DNA from: a virus
Taxonomy: Duplodnaviria; Caudoviricetes
IMG/VR virus record: IMGVR_UViG_3300047160_036266
Location: 192,001 to 256,000 of that record
Reading direction: 5' to 3' (one strand)
Length of the DNA: 64,000 nt
Shown here in pieces: positions 17,872 to 28,784 of the stretch (position 1 is its first letter; each line of letters starts with the position of its first letter). Made by a program: the position numbers and the translations under genes. The notes beneath the pieces were generated by a model. That model was not told where the DNA came from and did no database searches. It saw only the letters and a program-made list of their open reading frames with translations.

Positions 17872-20800
17872 TTACCTCCTTCTGCCCCGTTGTTTGTTGG
17901 CCTTGGTTTGCTGCATATTGACCCTCTCCACCGGGGCGGTGCGGGTCGAACTGGATACGGCACGTCCGGCCTTCACGGGGGTGTGCTTCCCGCTGACCCT
18001 CTGGCTCTGGCCCGACCGTCCCGGTACATGCTTGTGGACGTAAGGGGTTGGTATCAAGACTGTGGGCGGTGGGTAACGGCCAACCGGAACGTCCTGTGGC
18101 GGCACCGGAACCGGCGGGGTGGTCGGAACATGCGTCAGGTTCATGAACTGTGAGGGGTGGGTCGGCGCTACGGCCTTAGCGGGGGCTAATGTATAGTTGA
18201 CGCACCCGAAGGCATTGTAGTTGCGAATCGTCTTCCCGTTTTGGGTGGCGGTAATATTGCTCTCGCCGTAGTGTGAAGCCCCACCTTCCAAAGCCTTTTG
18301 AAATGTCATTGCCTGGTAAATCGGGTACTGGTACACCACGCTGAGCATGTCCTCCCGGAAGATACGCCCGGATACCATGACGTAGACGTTCTGCTGGGCC
18401 GTCATGTGGACGGATTCCACAACCTCGACCCGGCAACCTTGCCCCTGGGCGTATACCCATGTTCCCGGCGGGTAAAGGATCGTGCGGCTGGGCAGAGCAA
18501 CAATTTGACCGATGCCATTGACCACCGCATAACCTACCGACGTGCCGGTGGTGTTCAGGATGTACCACGGCTTCGGAGTGAGCTTGGTTGTGCAGGAAAT
18601 ATTCGCCGCCGCAACCCAATGGGCATTGGCATAGGCACCTACCGTGGTATTGCCCGCCAATAGTGCATTGCCAGCAGAAATAACATCCGCATCCGCACCA
18701 AAGTACCATTCGCAAACCACGGACGCAATCCCTCCCAGGATCACGCCGGCAAATGCACCCGTCGTGGTTACGGCCTGCATGTGGCAGACACCGGCTTCGA
18801 TGGCCACGTTGAAGGCTATCAACGTCGTGTCGGCTGCCAATAGGGCCGTTCCACGCAAGGTCATCTGAGCAGTGGACGCCAGGGTGGTGTCGGACGTGAG
18901 GGTGGCTGCGGCGACATAATCAACAATCGCATAGGCAGATAGGGACGCCACGCTCTGAATGGACACCCCCGAAACATGCGCCGTCCAACCCGTGACCAGA
19001 GTGGTTGTGATTGCCCCCAGGCTCGCTTGCCCGTCGAAAATTTCCGACTCCACTGCCGTCAACGTCGTCGTGGAGACGAGTGCGGCCCCAGCAGTGTGCA
19101 GAACGGTAGTAGGTGCCGTCAAGCTGGTGATGCAGGTGAGGATTCCTCGTGGGCCGACGTAGGCGGCTGGGACCAGCGTGGTCTGTGCCGTTATAAGGGC
19201 GACTGCATTGTGGACCGTCAGGCCGGTAGCTGTCACGCTGCTGGTGGCCGTTATATTGGTCACGCCGTTGTGCATTACAGCAGCAGTCGAGGCTACGGTG
19301 GTCACATCGGTCAGCAAGGCGTTTGCGCCCAATATCGTGTCTGCTTGGGCGAGGAACACGGTCGTGGCCGTCATCATGACGTTGCCGACTATAGTGCCGA
19401 CCGTGGCGGCGATGATGGTTGTCTTGCCTCGCATGACAGCGGCAGCCTTGCGGGCGACCTGCGACGTGGCAGCCAGTGTCGTTTTCGCTACTATCGTGGC
19501 TGCGGCGGGCTGAATGGCCAACCCCGCCATCGCCGTGAGCGTGGTATTGACGAGGATTTGGGTGCTGGCTATGTGCGCTACCACGCCCGAAGCGGTCAGC
19601 ATCGTAAAGGCTTGCAAGCCGCCAGCAGCATTGCGAACCGGGTTGCTGGTGGCCGAAACGAGCGTCGTGGCAGCCAATATTGCGGTGCCTGATCGCACCG
19701 ACGCTGGGGTTGCCCCAACGGTAGTATTTCCGATTATATTGCTTCCGCCAGCGTAGACGGCGTTGGCGGCAGCACCAACCGTCGTAACATCCATCAAGTT
19801 GGCAACGGCCTCGTGAGCGATACGACCGGATGAAGTGAAGGTGGTGATCGCCAGTATGTTGACGTGGGCCACCATTGTCCCGGACGTGGCTGCTGTAATT
19901 GTGGTCTTGGCGGTAAGAACCGCAGCGCCCAGGTGGATTGTCGTGCCGGTTACTGTCAAGGAGGAATCGCCCACGATAATGCTCGTGGCATTGTGCGTGA
20001 CAGCACTCGTGCTGGCAAGTGTTACAGTTGCTCCAAGCACAACCGAGGCGGGACGAGAGACTGAGGCGACCGGCAGCAACTTGGTCTGGCTGGTTATATT
20101 GGCGATAGCGTTGTGGAGTACCACGCCCGTACTGGTCAGGGTGGACGTGGCAACGATAAATGCCGCCCCCATGCGTACAGGTGCCGAGTTGGCCATCAGC
20201 AGCGTGATGGCGCTCATGTCGCTCGTAGTGTTGTGCCTGACGGCAGGAGTTATTGCAACAGTTGATACATCGACCAGGGCTGCTGAGGCCCCCATGTTTA
20301 CTTCGGCAATGCCACCCACCAGAGTGCTGCAACTTAACGTAGCCCCGCCGACCACCCGGCGTGATGTGGCGGCTGTAATTGTGGTGATGGAATCCAGTGC
20401 CGCCACGGCGTTGTGGGCCAGGCTGACTTGGGGCGAAACCGTGGTTTGCACGGCCATGTTGCAAGCGCCGGCATGAGTTACTACGCCCGTGCTTAGGAAG
20501 GTGGCGGTTGCGGGTATCAATATCGCCGCTGGACGGATAGCCGATGCGTTGGCTGCAACCGAGGTAACAGCCACAAGATAGCCTATGCCAGTGTGGACTG
20601 CTGCGCCGTTTACGGTAGTGGTGCAGATACCCGTCAGCGATACAGAACCACCGAGGTTGACATTTGGCACTGCCCCAAAGGTCGTGCTACACGTTATCAC
20701 CGCATGACCGACTTTTGTACCCGATGTGGCCAAGACCATCGTAGTCTGGGCGGTCAGGGTCGCAGCCCCATTGTGGACAGGACTTGCAGCGACCATCACG

Positions 20801-23800
20801 GCTGACTGCGCCAGCATGGCACTGGAGCCGATATGATCTACCACTCCCGTCACTAACAGGGTTGTTGTTGCACCTATGGTAGCCGCTCCGTTGCGGGTTG
20901 GAGCGGCAACCGCCATAACCAGAGCAGTGCTGACGATATGGCACGTCGCCCCTTGAGTTACGGCAGCGGTGGTCCCAACGGTAGCAATATCCGTCAAGGA
21001 AGCCGATGCCCCCAACTCGACACTTGGCACCGCCCCCATAACCGTGACACAGCTTAACGATGCTTCGACGGCTACTTTGTTCGACGTGAACGCCGTTATG
21101 GTGGATATGGCCGCTAGGTTTGCAGTGCCACTGTACACCGGGTTGGCGGCAGGGAGAACTGTCGAAGTGGCCACCAAGGCGACTGCGGCTGTATGCGTGA
21201 CGGCGGCACTTGCTGTTACCTGGGTGCTACCCTTTATGGCTGTACCGGCACCGTAAAGTGTCTTGCCAATTGAGGTCACGGTGACAGTGGCGGCTATTGC
21301 AGCAGCCGCCGGTCGTGCTGCCACCGAAGTTGCCGCCAAAGTCGTCACTGCCCCCATATTGGCAGTACCAGTATGCGTGGCACTCCCGACTGCCAGGACG
21401 CTCGAAACGATGTGCAGGCGGGTATCGGCGTTGCGGATCGCCCCGGCAAAGCTCGTGACGACGGTGTTGACCGTAAAGATTACATCGCCAACAAGCGTGC
21501 CTGACGTGGCAGCCGATATTGTGGTCCTGGCGGTCATGCTGACTGCGCCCACATGCGACACTGCTGCCATACTTGTTACGATGGCGTTGCCGACCAACAA
21601 GGCATGGGCAGCGTGCGACACAATGCCGGTGGTGGCGAGCGTTGTGTCTGCCTGCAATGACAGGACTGCGTTGCGGGCGGCAATGGCAGTGCCGGAAACA
21701 GTCAAATCGGATGCCAACAGGGCAGTGGCGGAATAGGCTACCCTGCCAGCATCCGTCAATGTCGTTCTTGCAACCAAAGCAGCAGCGTCCCAGCGAATAG
21801 CAGCCGGCGTTGCGGCCACTATTGTTTGGGCAGCCAAGCTGGCGGCAGCATTATGCGTGACCGTGCCGGTGGGCTGGGCTACCTTAGTCAGCACGCTGAA
21901 GTTGTCCCAGATCGGGTTGGGGTCCGAGACGCTACACAAGCCAACTCTAGTGTCGGTTAAGGTTGCGGTCTGAGTGGCCCCTGTGTGCGTGCCCTTTAGG
22001 ACACCATTGAGGTAAACGTCAACGGTGTCACCGGATACGGTGATCCCAATTGTGTCACCATTGACCGGCGTATATCCCAGGTCAAGGTACAGTGTGCCGG
22101 CGTTGCTAATTACCTCGTAGAGTTTACCCTTGATGCCCCATATCCACAGGTTGTTTGTGTCGATGATGCGGAAGATAAGGCCGTTGTCATTGACGCCGGG
22201 GTTGACGAACGTGATTTGGGCGCTGTAATGGGTGGTGCCGGTATTGGCCCAGGCATAACCGTTCCCACCCAGATTGTTAAGCTGGTTGTTCTGGATATAC
22301 CATGTGCCGGCTGCGACGGTCCATGCTTGCCCCGAATCCATCGTGTGGTTTTGCAGGTAAGTCGAATTCACGTCGGTGAAGTGGTCGAGCAGTTGGACGC
22401 TGACACCGTTCGTGGTGGAAATCAAAGTGGCACCCGCATGGCGGACGGCGGCAGGGATTGCGACAACAGCCGTCGTGGCCTGGATGCTAACAGCACCGGG
22501 TCGGGCAACCGCCGCTGGCGATATGAGGGTGCTTAGAGCCGCCAGGAGGGTGGTCCCGTTGTGGGTAACGGTGGTCGTAGATGCTGTGGTACTGATCGCC
22601 GTTATACGACAGACACCGGCAGCGGTTATACAGCCAACACCACCAAAGCTGGTATCGCCCTGTAACATGACATGGCCGACCAGGGTGCCGGATGTGGCCG
22701 CTGTAATGGTGGTGGTCGCCGTAAGGGTGGCGGCAGCATTACGGGTAACAACCGCCCTTACCCAAGCCGACGCATTGCAGACAAATGACGTTACGCCCGT
22801 ATGGAAGACGGCAGCCTGCCCGATCACGTTGGTAGTGCCGGACAGCAAGATTGCAGCACTGGACTGTGTTCTGCCCGTTCCAACCAGCAGGGAGTTTGCC
22901 GACAATGCGGCAATGGCATTATGAGTGACCATCACCGGGTTGCCGACCTGCATTCCGCCGTTGATGGGACCAGCATTGATTGGCTGGGAGTCAATCATAC
23001 CGAGGTAGCTGTACCTCAGAGCCAGCGTGGCGTTGGCCTCAAGTGCCGCCCCGGCACGCATTGTACCCTGGCTTGTAGCCGCCAAAGTGGCACTTGCTGC
23101 AAGGGTGCTAACTGCATTGCGAATGCAGCGTCCCGTCGTCGCCAGGTGAGTAGTGGCCGATATAAACGCGATGCCCCGGTGTTTGGATGCTGCTTTCGCG
23201 CCAACCGTGGCCCTATTCGTGAGGCTGGCAAAGCCGGGTCGCAATGCTGCCGACCGTGCGATTATGGTGTTCAATGCACGCATGACCGCCGAGGCCACAT
23301 GGGTAACTGCGGCGGTAGCCGCCGTGGTGGTGACGGCAACAAGATTCGCTGTTGCGTTGTGGGTAAGTTTGGCCGTCACCGCAAGCGTCGTATTGGCCTG
23401 CAATACGGCATGGCCCACTAAAGTGCCACTTGTTGCCGCCGTAATGGTGGTAGTGGCCGTCAACATTGCCCCAGCGACACGGGTGGCGACGGCTCTGGCC
23501 AAAACTAGCGTATTGCCAGTGAGTAAGCTGGCAGCCACATGAGTCACCCGACCGGCGGCGACTAGGCTCGATCCCGCAATTATCGTAGTCGTTGCACTGT
23601 GGACGATCACACCCGTAACCAGGGTTGTGGTTGTCGCCAGGAGTGGGGCCACCGCATGATGAACGACCAAGCTCGTTCCGGCAAATGTCGTATTCGCTGC
23701 GATATTAAAGACGGCGTTGCGGACAGGACTGGCCGTGGCAGCCAGCGTGGTCTTGGCCGATATATTGGCGACGGCATTGTGTGCCGTGCTGGCGAATGCG

Positions 23801-26800
23801 CCCAGGACCGTCCTGGCCGATATATTAGCGACGGCATTGTGTGCCGTGCTGGCGAATGCGCCCAGGACCGTCCTGGCCGATATATTGGCGACTGCGTTAC
23901 GAACCGGACTTGCTGTTGCACCAAGCGTGGTTCTGGCCGATATATTGGCCACGGCGTTGTGCGTCGTGGTGGCGAGCGCCCCCAGGAGGGTTCTCGCAGA
24001 GATGGTGACGACGCCGTTGCGTATCGGGCTTGCTTTTGCGCCCAGGCTGGTCATGCCGGCAAGTTGCGCAGAAGCAGCTAAGGTGGAGGTTTCGTTTGCG
24101 GCCAGGGTGGCGACAGCATGGATGGCACTTCCGCTGACATAACGGACTGCTGCTCGTGTGGTCAACGTGGATGCGCTGACCATTTGCGACAGGCCAGGGC
24201 GGATGACTCCTGTGAAGGAGATAACCGTCGTAAGATCGGTGATGAAAACCCTGCCCGTTACCGTGCCCAAAAGAGTGGACGAGACAGTGGTTTTACCTGT
24301 GAGCGTGGCAGTGCCGGCGCGAGTGACAGCGCTGGTGGCACCAAGCGTTGACCGGGCAGCTAGGAGTCCTACGGCATTACGCGCCGCCGCACCCCTGGCG
24401 GTGATTGTCGTAATGTCTGCCAGGTGGCTGGTCGCCACATGGACCACTGCTGCTGTGCCGGCGAGTGTAGTAGCTGCCTGTAGCGTGGCTGCGGCAACGT
24501 GGACCGTGAAGCCCGTTGCTGCGAGCTTCGTGGCAGCCACCATTGAGGTTTGGCCGATATGGGTTATGGTTGCACTGGTGGGCGTGAAGCTGACATTACA
24601 CCGAAGTGCAGCCGAATCACTTCGGACAGCACGGGACACAAACAATGTGGTGGTCGTGCTATTGAGGAGAGCAGCGGCCCCGTAATTGGTTCTTGCTTTC
24701 GCCGTGATGGTAACGCCAGCAGCCAGTGTTGCCGTGGCACTACGAATAAGAGCGGCGGTTGGAACAACAGTTGATACCGCTGTAATGTTCGCAACCGCAT
24801 TATGCGTAATGATGACGGCCTGGCCGGTGACTCCACCGTAGTCAATTTCAAAGGAGTTTACTTCGCTGGAGTCAATTTCGCCTATCTGCGTGTTTTGAAT
24901 AGTGAACGCCGTCGCAGCGACGAGTGCAGCACTTCCATTAACGAACTTCTTGGCCGCAGCAGTCACCGTGCAGACTGCCGCCAGCGGGGCACTGATCTTG
25001 GCCGTTGTTTGGGACGTGCCCGTGAGCTTGGAGGAAGCAGTTAATGCTGCCTGACCATTACGGTATATTTTTCCGCCAACAACAGTCGTGGCCACGGCGG
25101 CAAGTGCCGCCGCTCCATTGCGGAACCTAATGCCACTGAACGTCGTCGTGCAGGAACCTGCCAAGGACGCTTTGCCTTGGTGAGTGCCTGCGGCAGTAAA
25201 GGTTGTTTTCGCAGCAGCGGCAAGGAAAGCTCCACCGACACCGTTCTTGCCTGCCTTGGGAGTTATGGTGCAGACACCAGCCAGGTTCGCAATTGCATTG
25301 TGCGTAACGGTGTAAGGAACGCCAAGGATTTTGCCCCCGTCGATGGGCATGACATCCACTGGCATCGAATCAATCGCCCCTTTTCGCTTAAATGGCAGCG
25401 ACAGGGTGGTTTTCGCCGCTAACGCCGCAGTCGCCTGGTGGACCAAAGGTGCATTGGTCAGCATCGAGGTCGATGCCTGGAGGCTGGAGGCACCCTGAAC
25501 TAATGTTGTAAAGACGGTGAAGTTATCAAACCAAACGTAGTTGGTCGTTGAAACGGCTCGGATTCCATGCTTGGTGGCCGTGGCAAACGTCGGGTCGTTC
25601 CAGGTCGCAACGGGATTGGCATTGACGTAAAACGTCATCTGACTACCCAGGAGGCTAATTTGCATTAGCCAGGGATTGTTGATGTTTACGCCTACGTTCC
25701 AGTTGGTAACTTGTACGGGAGCGCCACCATTAGCCTGGTAGAGTATGTATTGAGCCGGCGATCCTCCATAGTTCATGAGCATCCAGTAATGAGTGCTATC
25801 AACATAACGGAAGACCAGTCCGCAAACCGCATTGGAAAGTGTCAGCGTGGCGGGTCCGCTGCCTGCCTCGCTGTACATATTGCACTTGATCGTGCAGTCG
25901 CTCATCGAGCTATCGACTACATAGCCGGCGTAGCCGGTTGTGTCGATGGTCGTAGGTACGGCAGCAAAGCTCGGCCACACAAAAACCGACCCAGGTGCCG
26001 CCGCCGTAACCATCATGCAGTTGGGGTCCACCCTCGTCCACCCTGGTCCCGCATCCATGATGTGGGTTAGCAGGTCGGTATTGGCAGCGTCAGTAAAGGA
26101 ATCGAATATCTTGAGCTTGAGCGGTCTTGCGGACAAGCTCGATTGGCAGGTAAGTGAAGCCGATGCCAGCTTGATCGGTGGGCCAGGAACGTAATCGACC
26201 ATCAGGCCGGTCCACGTCATTTTGGTCTTGGCGGTGGCCGATAGTTCCTGTGCGCCCGTTTGCACGTTATCAAGGCCCTGTACCAGCCACGGTTGGGTGG
26301 TGGCGGGGTCCACATCACTGATGAGGCCCATCAGTGTATAAGTTGCGGTCTGGCTCGCTCCACCGCCTAAAAGGTTGGTCGTGCCGGATCGCAGTACGAC
26401 ACCGACGTTGGCCCCGGCGGCGCTTTGAGCGCAGGTGGCGGCAGCCATGACGGAGTTGACCGTTCCGTATAGGCCGGCGGCTTCATGGCCCTGAAAGGCT
26501 TCCGTTTCCAGATCGCCCACATGCCCGGTGGATAATAGGTAAGTCGTGTCGCCGTTCGGTGGGCGTTCGTTGACCTGTTGGTAATTGCTGCCGCTGCCCG
26601 CACCAATGGACCACTGCTGATAAGAACCAGGAGCATAGGGCAGGACGCATCTGCAACCACCGGCTCCTGGGTAGCCGGCCATCGTTACCAACAGATCGTC
26701 AAAGCTGAAAGTGAGTGCCCCGGTATTTGAACCCCAAAACTTGCCCACCGCCACAGAGCCGGTGGGGTTGGAGGTAAGGTTGGCAGTTGTGGAATTGCCG

Positions 26801-27531
26801 TCAACTGTACCGTTGATTTTCCATTGGACATTAGCGGCGGGGCCGGTGCCTACCATGCACTCGAAACGATACCATGTGCCGGTGCTTAATGTGGTAGTGC
26901 CGGTTACTACCGCCCCGCTGCTGGGGTAGCAGTATATTTTTCCAGTATTGTCTACGCCGAAATAGCACTTTTGTGATGCGGAACTTCCTTTTTGCAAAGG
27001 AGCCAAAAAACAGGCGGGTGTGCCGGCATTGACTGGATACGAGTCTATCCGTAACATGAGTCGGCAGTAGACCGTGCCTGCACTCATCGCATTGTTTGCT
27101 GTCGTGCCATTACTAGCCCTGCCGCCTATTAAAACATAAGCCGTGTTGGCAGCCGTGGGCGATATTTGCATACCATAGCTGGACCAAGAACCGGGGGTGG
27201 TCGTTATTATGGTTGGCGTACCATTCACCAGGAACGCTTCAGACAAATCGCCAGTTTCCCAGCCGCAAATGATTTGCGTTCCGCTCGGCTTGAAGCCGGT
27301 GGCTGTTATGGTTGTGTTGGCAACCAGCATAGCTTGCGGGTATGAAGGCGAAGTCAGATATAGGCTTCCCAGAGGCTCACCGGCCAGGGGCGCTGGCACG
27401 GTGTTGACCGGGTTGAGTTTACTTAGCTGAGATGTGGACGTAAAGGACGTAACGGCAGCCAGCACAGCTTGAGGCTGTGTGCTGAGTAGACTGGCTTCCG
27501 CATTGCCCGCAATGGGCAGTTGTCCCTGCAT
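17872..27531 (-). CDS. Giant Ala/Thr-rich repeat fibre/adhesin with lectin-like domains (3219 aa)
   Basis: Uninterrupted 9.66-kb ORF, about 20-aa periodicity, LamG-like N-terminal domain, two related beta-sandwich inserts. Confidence 0.8.
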   Translation of the reverse strand: MQGQLPIAGNAEASLLSTQPQAVLAAVTSFTSTSQLSKLNPVNTVPAPLAGEPLGSLYLTSPSYPQAMLVANTTITATGFKPSGTQIICGWETGDLSEAFLVNGTPTIITTTPGSWSSYGMQISPTAANTAYVLIGGRASNGTTANNAMSAGTVYCRLMLRIDSYPVNAGTPACFLAPLQKGSSASQKCYFGVDNTGKIYCYPSSGAVVTGTTTLSTGTWYRFECMVGTGPAANVQWKINGTVDGNSTTANLTSNPTGSVAVGKFWGSNTGALTFSFDDLLVTMAGYPGAGGCRCVLPYAPGSYQQWSIGAGSGSNYQQVNERPPNGDTTYLLSTGHVGDLETEAFQGHEAAGLYGTVNSVMAAATCAQSAAGANVGVVLRSGTTNLLGGGASQTATYTLMGLISDVDPATTQPWLVQGLDNVQTGAQELSATAKTKMTWTGLMVDYVPGPPIKLASASLTCQSSLSARPLKLKIFDSFTDAANTDLLTHIMDAGPGWTRVDPNCMMVTAAAPGSVFVWPSFAAVPTTIDTTGYAGYVVDSSMSDCTIKCNMYSEAGSGPATLTLSNAVCGLVFRYVDSTHYWMLMNYGGSPAQYILYQANGGAPVQVTNWNVGVNINNPWLMQISLLGSQMTFYVNANPVATWNDPTFATATKHGIRAVSTTNYVWFDNFTVFTTLVQGASSLQASTSMLTNAPLVHQATAALAAKTTLSLPFKRKGAIDSMPVDVMPIDGGKILGVPYTVTHNAIANLAGVCTITPKAGKNGVGGAFLAAAAKTTFTAAGTHQGKASLAGSCTTTFSGIRFRNGAAALAAVATTVVGGKIYRNGQAALTASSKLTGTSQTTAKISAPLAAVCTVTAAAKKFVNGSAALVAATAFTIQNTQIGEIDSSEVNSFEIDYGGVTGQAVIITHNAVANITAVSTVVPTAALIRSATATLAAGVTITAKARTNYGAAALLNSTTTTLFVSRAVRSDSAALRCNVSFTPTSATITHIGQTSMVAATKLAATGFTVHVAAATLQAATTLAGTAAVVHVATSHLADITTITARGAAARNAVGLLAARSTLGATSAVTRAGTATLTGKTTVSSTLLGTVTGRVFITDLTTVISFTGVIRPGLSQMVSASTLTTRAAVRYVSGSAIHAVATLAANETSTLAASAQLAGMTSLGAKASPIRNGVVTISARTLLGALATTTHNAVANISARTTLGATASPVRNAVANISARTVLGAFASTAHNAVANISARTVLGAFASTAHNAVANISAKTTLAATASPVRNAVFNIAANTTFAGTSLVVHHAVAPLLATTTTLVTGVIVHSATTTIIAGSSLVAAGRVTHVAASLLTGNTLVLARAVATRVAGAMLTATTTITAATSGTLVGHAVLQANTTLAVTAKLTHNATANLVAVTTTAATAAVTHVASAVMRALNTIIARSAALRPGFASLTNRATVGAKAASKHRGIAFISATTHLATTGRCIRNAVSTLAASATLAATSQGTMRAGAALEANATLALRYSYLGMIDSQPINAGPINGGMQVGNPVMVTHNAIAALSANSLLVGTGRTQSSAAILLSGTTNVIGQAAVFHTGVTSFVCNASAWVRAVVTRNAAATLTATTTITAATSGTLVGHVMLQGDTSFGGVGCITAAGVCRITAISTTASTTTVTHNGTTLLAALSTLISPAAVARPGAVSIQATTAVVAIPAAVRHAGATLISTTNGVSVQLLDHFTDVNSTYLQNHTMDSGQAWTVAAGTWYIQNNQLNNLGGNGYAWANTGTTHYSAQITFVNPGVNDNGLIFRIIDTNNLWIWGIKGKLYEVISNAGTLYLDLGYTPVNGDTIGITVSGDTVDVYLNGVLKGTHTGATQTATLTDTRVGLCSVSDPNPIWDNFSVLTKVAQPTGTVTHNAAASLAAQTIVAATPAAIRWDAAALVARTTLTDAGRVAYSATALLASDLTVSGTAIAARNAVLSLQADTTLATTGIVSHAAHALLVGNAIVTSMAAVSHVGAVSMTARTTISAATSGTLVGDVIFTVNTVVTSFAGAIRNADTRLHIVSSVLAVGSATHTGTANMGAVTTLAATSVAARPAAAAIAATVTVTSIGKTLYGAGTAIKGSTQVTASAAVTHTAAVALVATSTVLPAANPVYSGTANLAAISTITAFTSNKVAVEASLSCVTVMGAVPSVELGASASLTDIATVGTTAAVTQGATCHIVSTALVMAVAAPTRNGAATIGATTTLLVTGVVDHIGSSAMLAQSAVMVAASPVHNGAATLTAQTTMVLATSGTKVGHAVITCSTTFGAVPNVNLGGSVSLTGICTTTVNGAAVHTGIGYLVAVTSVAANASAIRPAAILIPATATFLSTGVVTHAGACNMAVQTTVSPQVSLAHNAVAALDSITTITAATSRRVVGGATLSCSTLVGGIAEVNMGASAALVDVSTVAITPAVRHNTTSDMSAITLLMANSAPVRMGAAFIVATSTLTSTGVVLHNAIANITSQTKLLPVASVSRPASVVLGATVTLASTSAVTHNATSIIVGDSSLTVTGTTIHLGAAVLTAKTTITAATSGTMVAHVNILAITTFTSSGRIAHEAVANLMDVTTVGAAANAVYAGGSNIIGNTTVGATPASVRSGTAILAATTLVSATSNPVRNAAGGLQAFTMLTASGVVAHIASTQILVNTTLTAMAGLAIQPAAATIVAKTTLAATSQVARKAAAVMRGKTTIIAATVGTIVGNVMMTATTVFLAQADTILGANALLTDVTTVASTAAVMHNGVTNITATSSVTATGLTVHNAVALITAQTTLVPAAYVGPRGILTCITSLTAPTTVLHTAGAALVSTTTLTAVESEIFDGQASLGAITTTLVTGWTAHVSGVSIQSVASLSAYAIVDYVAAATLTSDTTLASTAQMTLRGTALLAADTTLIAFNVAIEAGVCHMQAVTTTGAFAGVILGGIASVVCEWYFGADADVISAGNALLAGNTTVGAYANAHWVAAANISCTTKLTPKPWYILNTTGTSVGYAVVNGIGQIVALPSRTILYPPGTWVYAQGQGCRVEVVESVHMTAQQNVYVMVSGRIFREDMLSVVYQYPIYQAMTFQKALEGGASHYGESNITATQNGKTIRNYNAFGCVNYTLAPAKAVAPTHPSQFMNLTHVPTTPPVPVPPQDVPVGRYPPPTVLIPTPYVHKHVPGRSGQSQRVSGKHTPVKAGRAVSSSTRTAPVERVNMQQTKANKQRGRRR
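23754..24000 (-). repeat. 60-bp tandem repeat (20 aa) within giant fibre gene
   Basis: 23761-23820 and 23821-23880 differ at one base; flanking units more diverged (THNAVANISARTVLGAFAS). Confidence 0.9.
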
Positions 27532-27534
27532 TCC

Positions 27535-28713
27535 TTACCCCCAGATAGTCCCTGTGACGCCACCCGCAAGCTGATTGGTGTAAAAGTCATAAAAAGTGAT
27601 GACGTTGCTTCCTGTGATGTACTCGACGGGCTGCAAGTAGTGATAGCCAATCCCCGGAAATTGATTGTATTCGGCAGTTATCATACCTTCGATAGCTGAT
27701 GCTGTCCCACCAAACTGAGGGATATAGGAGTCGGTAAAGCTCGGCGCTCCGGTTCCGTCGAGAGTTAGTCCTAAACTCCCGAAGGTGTTTACAGCACAGG
27801 AGAGTATGCACGAGGCCCGCACATTGACCACCCGCACGGGCGGGGTGAGGCCGTATACAAATTCCACGGCTCGGACTTTGGTAACGTCACCGTTTTGACC
27901 ACGCCAAGCCAAAGGCCCGGTGACATTCCAGCTTCCGGTCTGTGGGAAGTTTGCGATCCGGCGTGGTAACTGGTTGTAGAAGTTCCAAACGAAGCGCTGT
28001 TTTGGAGCATCAGCCGTCGTGGTTGCGCTGGTAGGGTAGATTGTTCCCAGATAGCGCCAGCCATTGGTAACTACGCTGACCATCGGTATGCCGTCCACAT
28101 AATTGATAGCCGTCTGCCGGGTGGTTGCGGTTTGCCATTGGGCGTAGTTCAACTGTAACCCAGCGTTATCTACGACGAACACATCGTAGGGTAAACCGGC
28201 TGTTAAACCCGATAAAGACAAGCTCAGTTCGGTGAAATCAAAAATTCTCCACTGACCCGCTCCCTGCGTTTGTGGCTCCGGTATGGCGATCTGGCCCCCT
28301 GCCAGGGGCGTAAAGTAGAGAGTGGAACCGCTCGTGGAGTCCGCACCTGGCTGTCCGCTGACCAATCCCAAACGTCCTTCGCAGAGAGAAGGTCGCACAC
28401 GGGGCAGATACGCACTTATTGCTGTCAAGAACACATCTTTGTTGCCGCCAGAAAAATTGGTGAACGATCCTGTCCCCACGCTGCCATCAAGGACATAGCT
28501 CCTTGTCAGGGTGGCGCTGCCGCTGTCGATGCTACCGACGCCCGTTTCCCAATCCCCGGCGGTTTGGTGGGCGATGCAGTAGGTGGTCTGGAGGGCAGCG
28601 CCGGTGGTGTTCAACTGCTTCCAGGGGCCGGTGGCGGCATTGAGAGTGAAATTGCCCGTCCCGGTTGACGTTGACGTTTGCTTGCGGCGGTCGTAGTACA
28701 GGGGATTCGGCAT
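27535..28713 (-). CDS. Tail/fibre-associated protein, paralogue 3
   Basis: MPNP.Y.DRRKQ.ST.TG.G.FTL N-terminus; CEGRL; AEYNQ..GYHYLQP. Confidence 0.75.
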   Translation of the reverse strand: MPNPLYYDRRKQTSTSTGTGNFTLNAATGPWKQLNTTGAALQTTYCIAHQTAGDWETGVGSIDSGSATLTRSYVLDGSVGTGSFTNFSGGNKDVFLTAISAYLPRVRPSLCEGRLGLVSGQPGADSTSGSTLYFTPLAGGQIAIPEPQTQGAGQWRIFDFTELSLSLSGLTAGLPYDVFVVDNAGLQLNYAQWQTATTRQTAINYVDGIPMVSVVTNGWRYLGTIYPTSATTTADAPKQRFVWNFYNQLPRRIANFPQTGSWNVTGPLAWRGQNGDVTKVRAVEFVYGLTPPVRVVNVRASCILSCAVNTFGSLGLTLDGTGAPSFTDSYIPQFGGTASAIEGMITAEYNQFPGIGYHYLQPVEYITGSNVITFYDFYTNQLAGGVTGTIWG

Positions 28714-28784
28714 TTATACCCTCCCGTGGTCATAGAATGCGCTCATACCCGTATGTAGTTCTTTTAGATGCAAACCTGCGTGGA

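Noticed and set aside
17890-27430. Many 60-500-codon ORFs overlapping the giant fibre gene
   Set aside because: Alternative-frame and antisense shadows of a GC-rich repetitive CDS; no RBS or motifs
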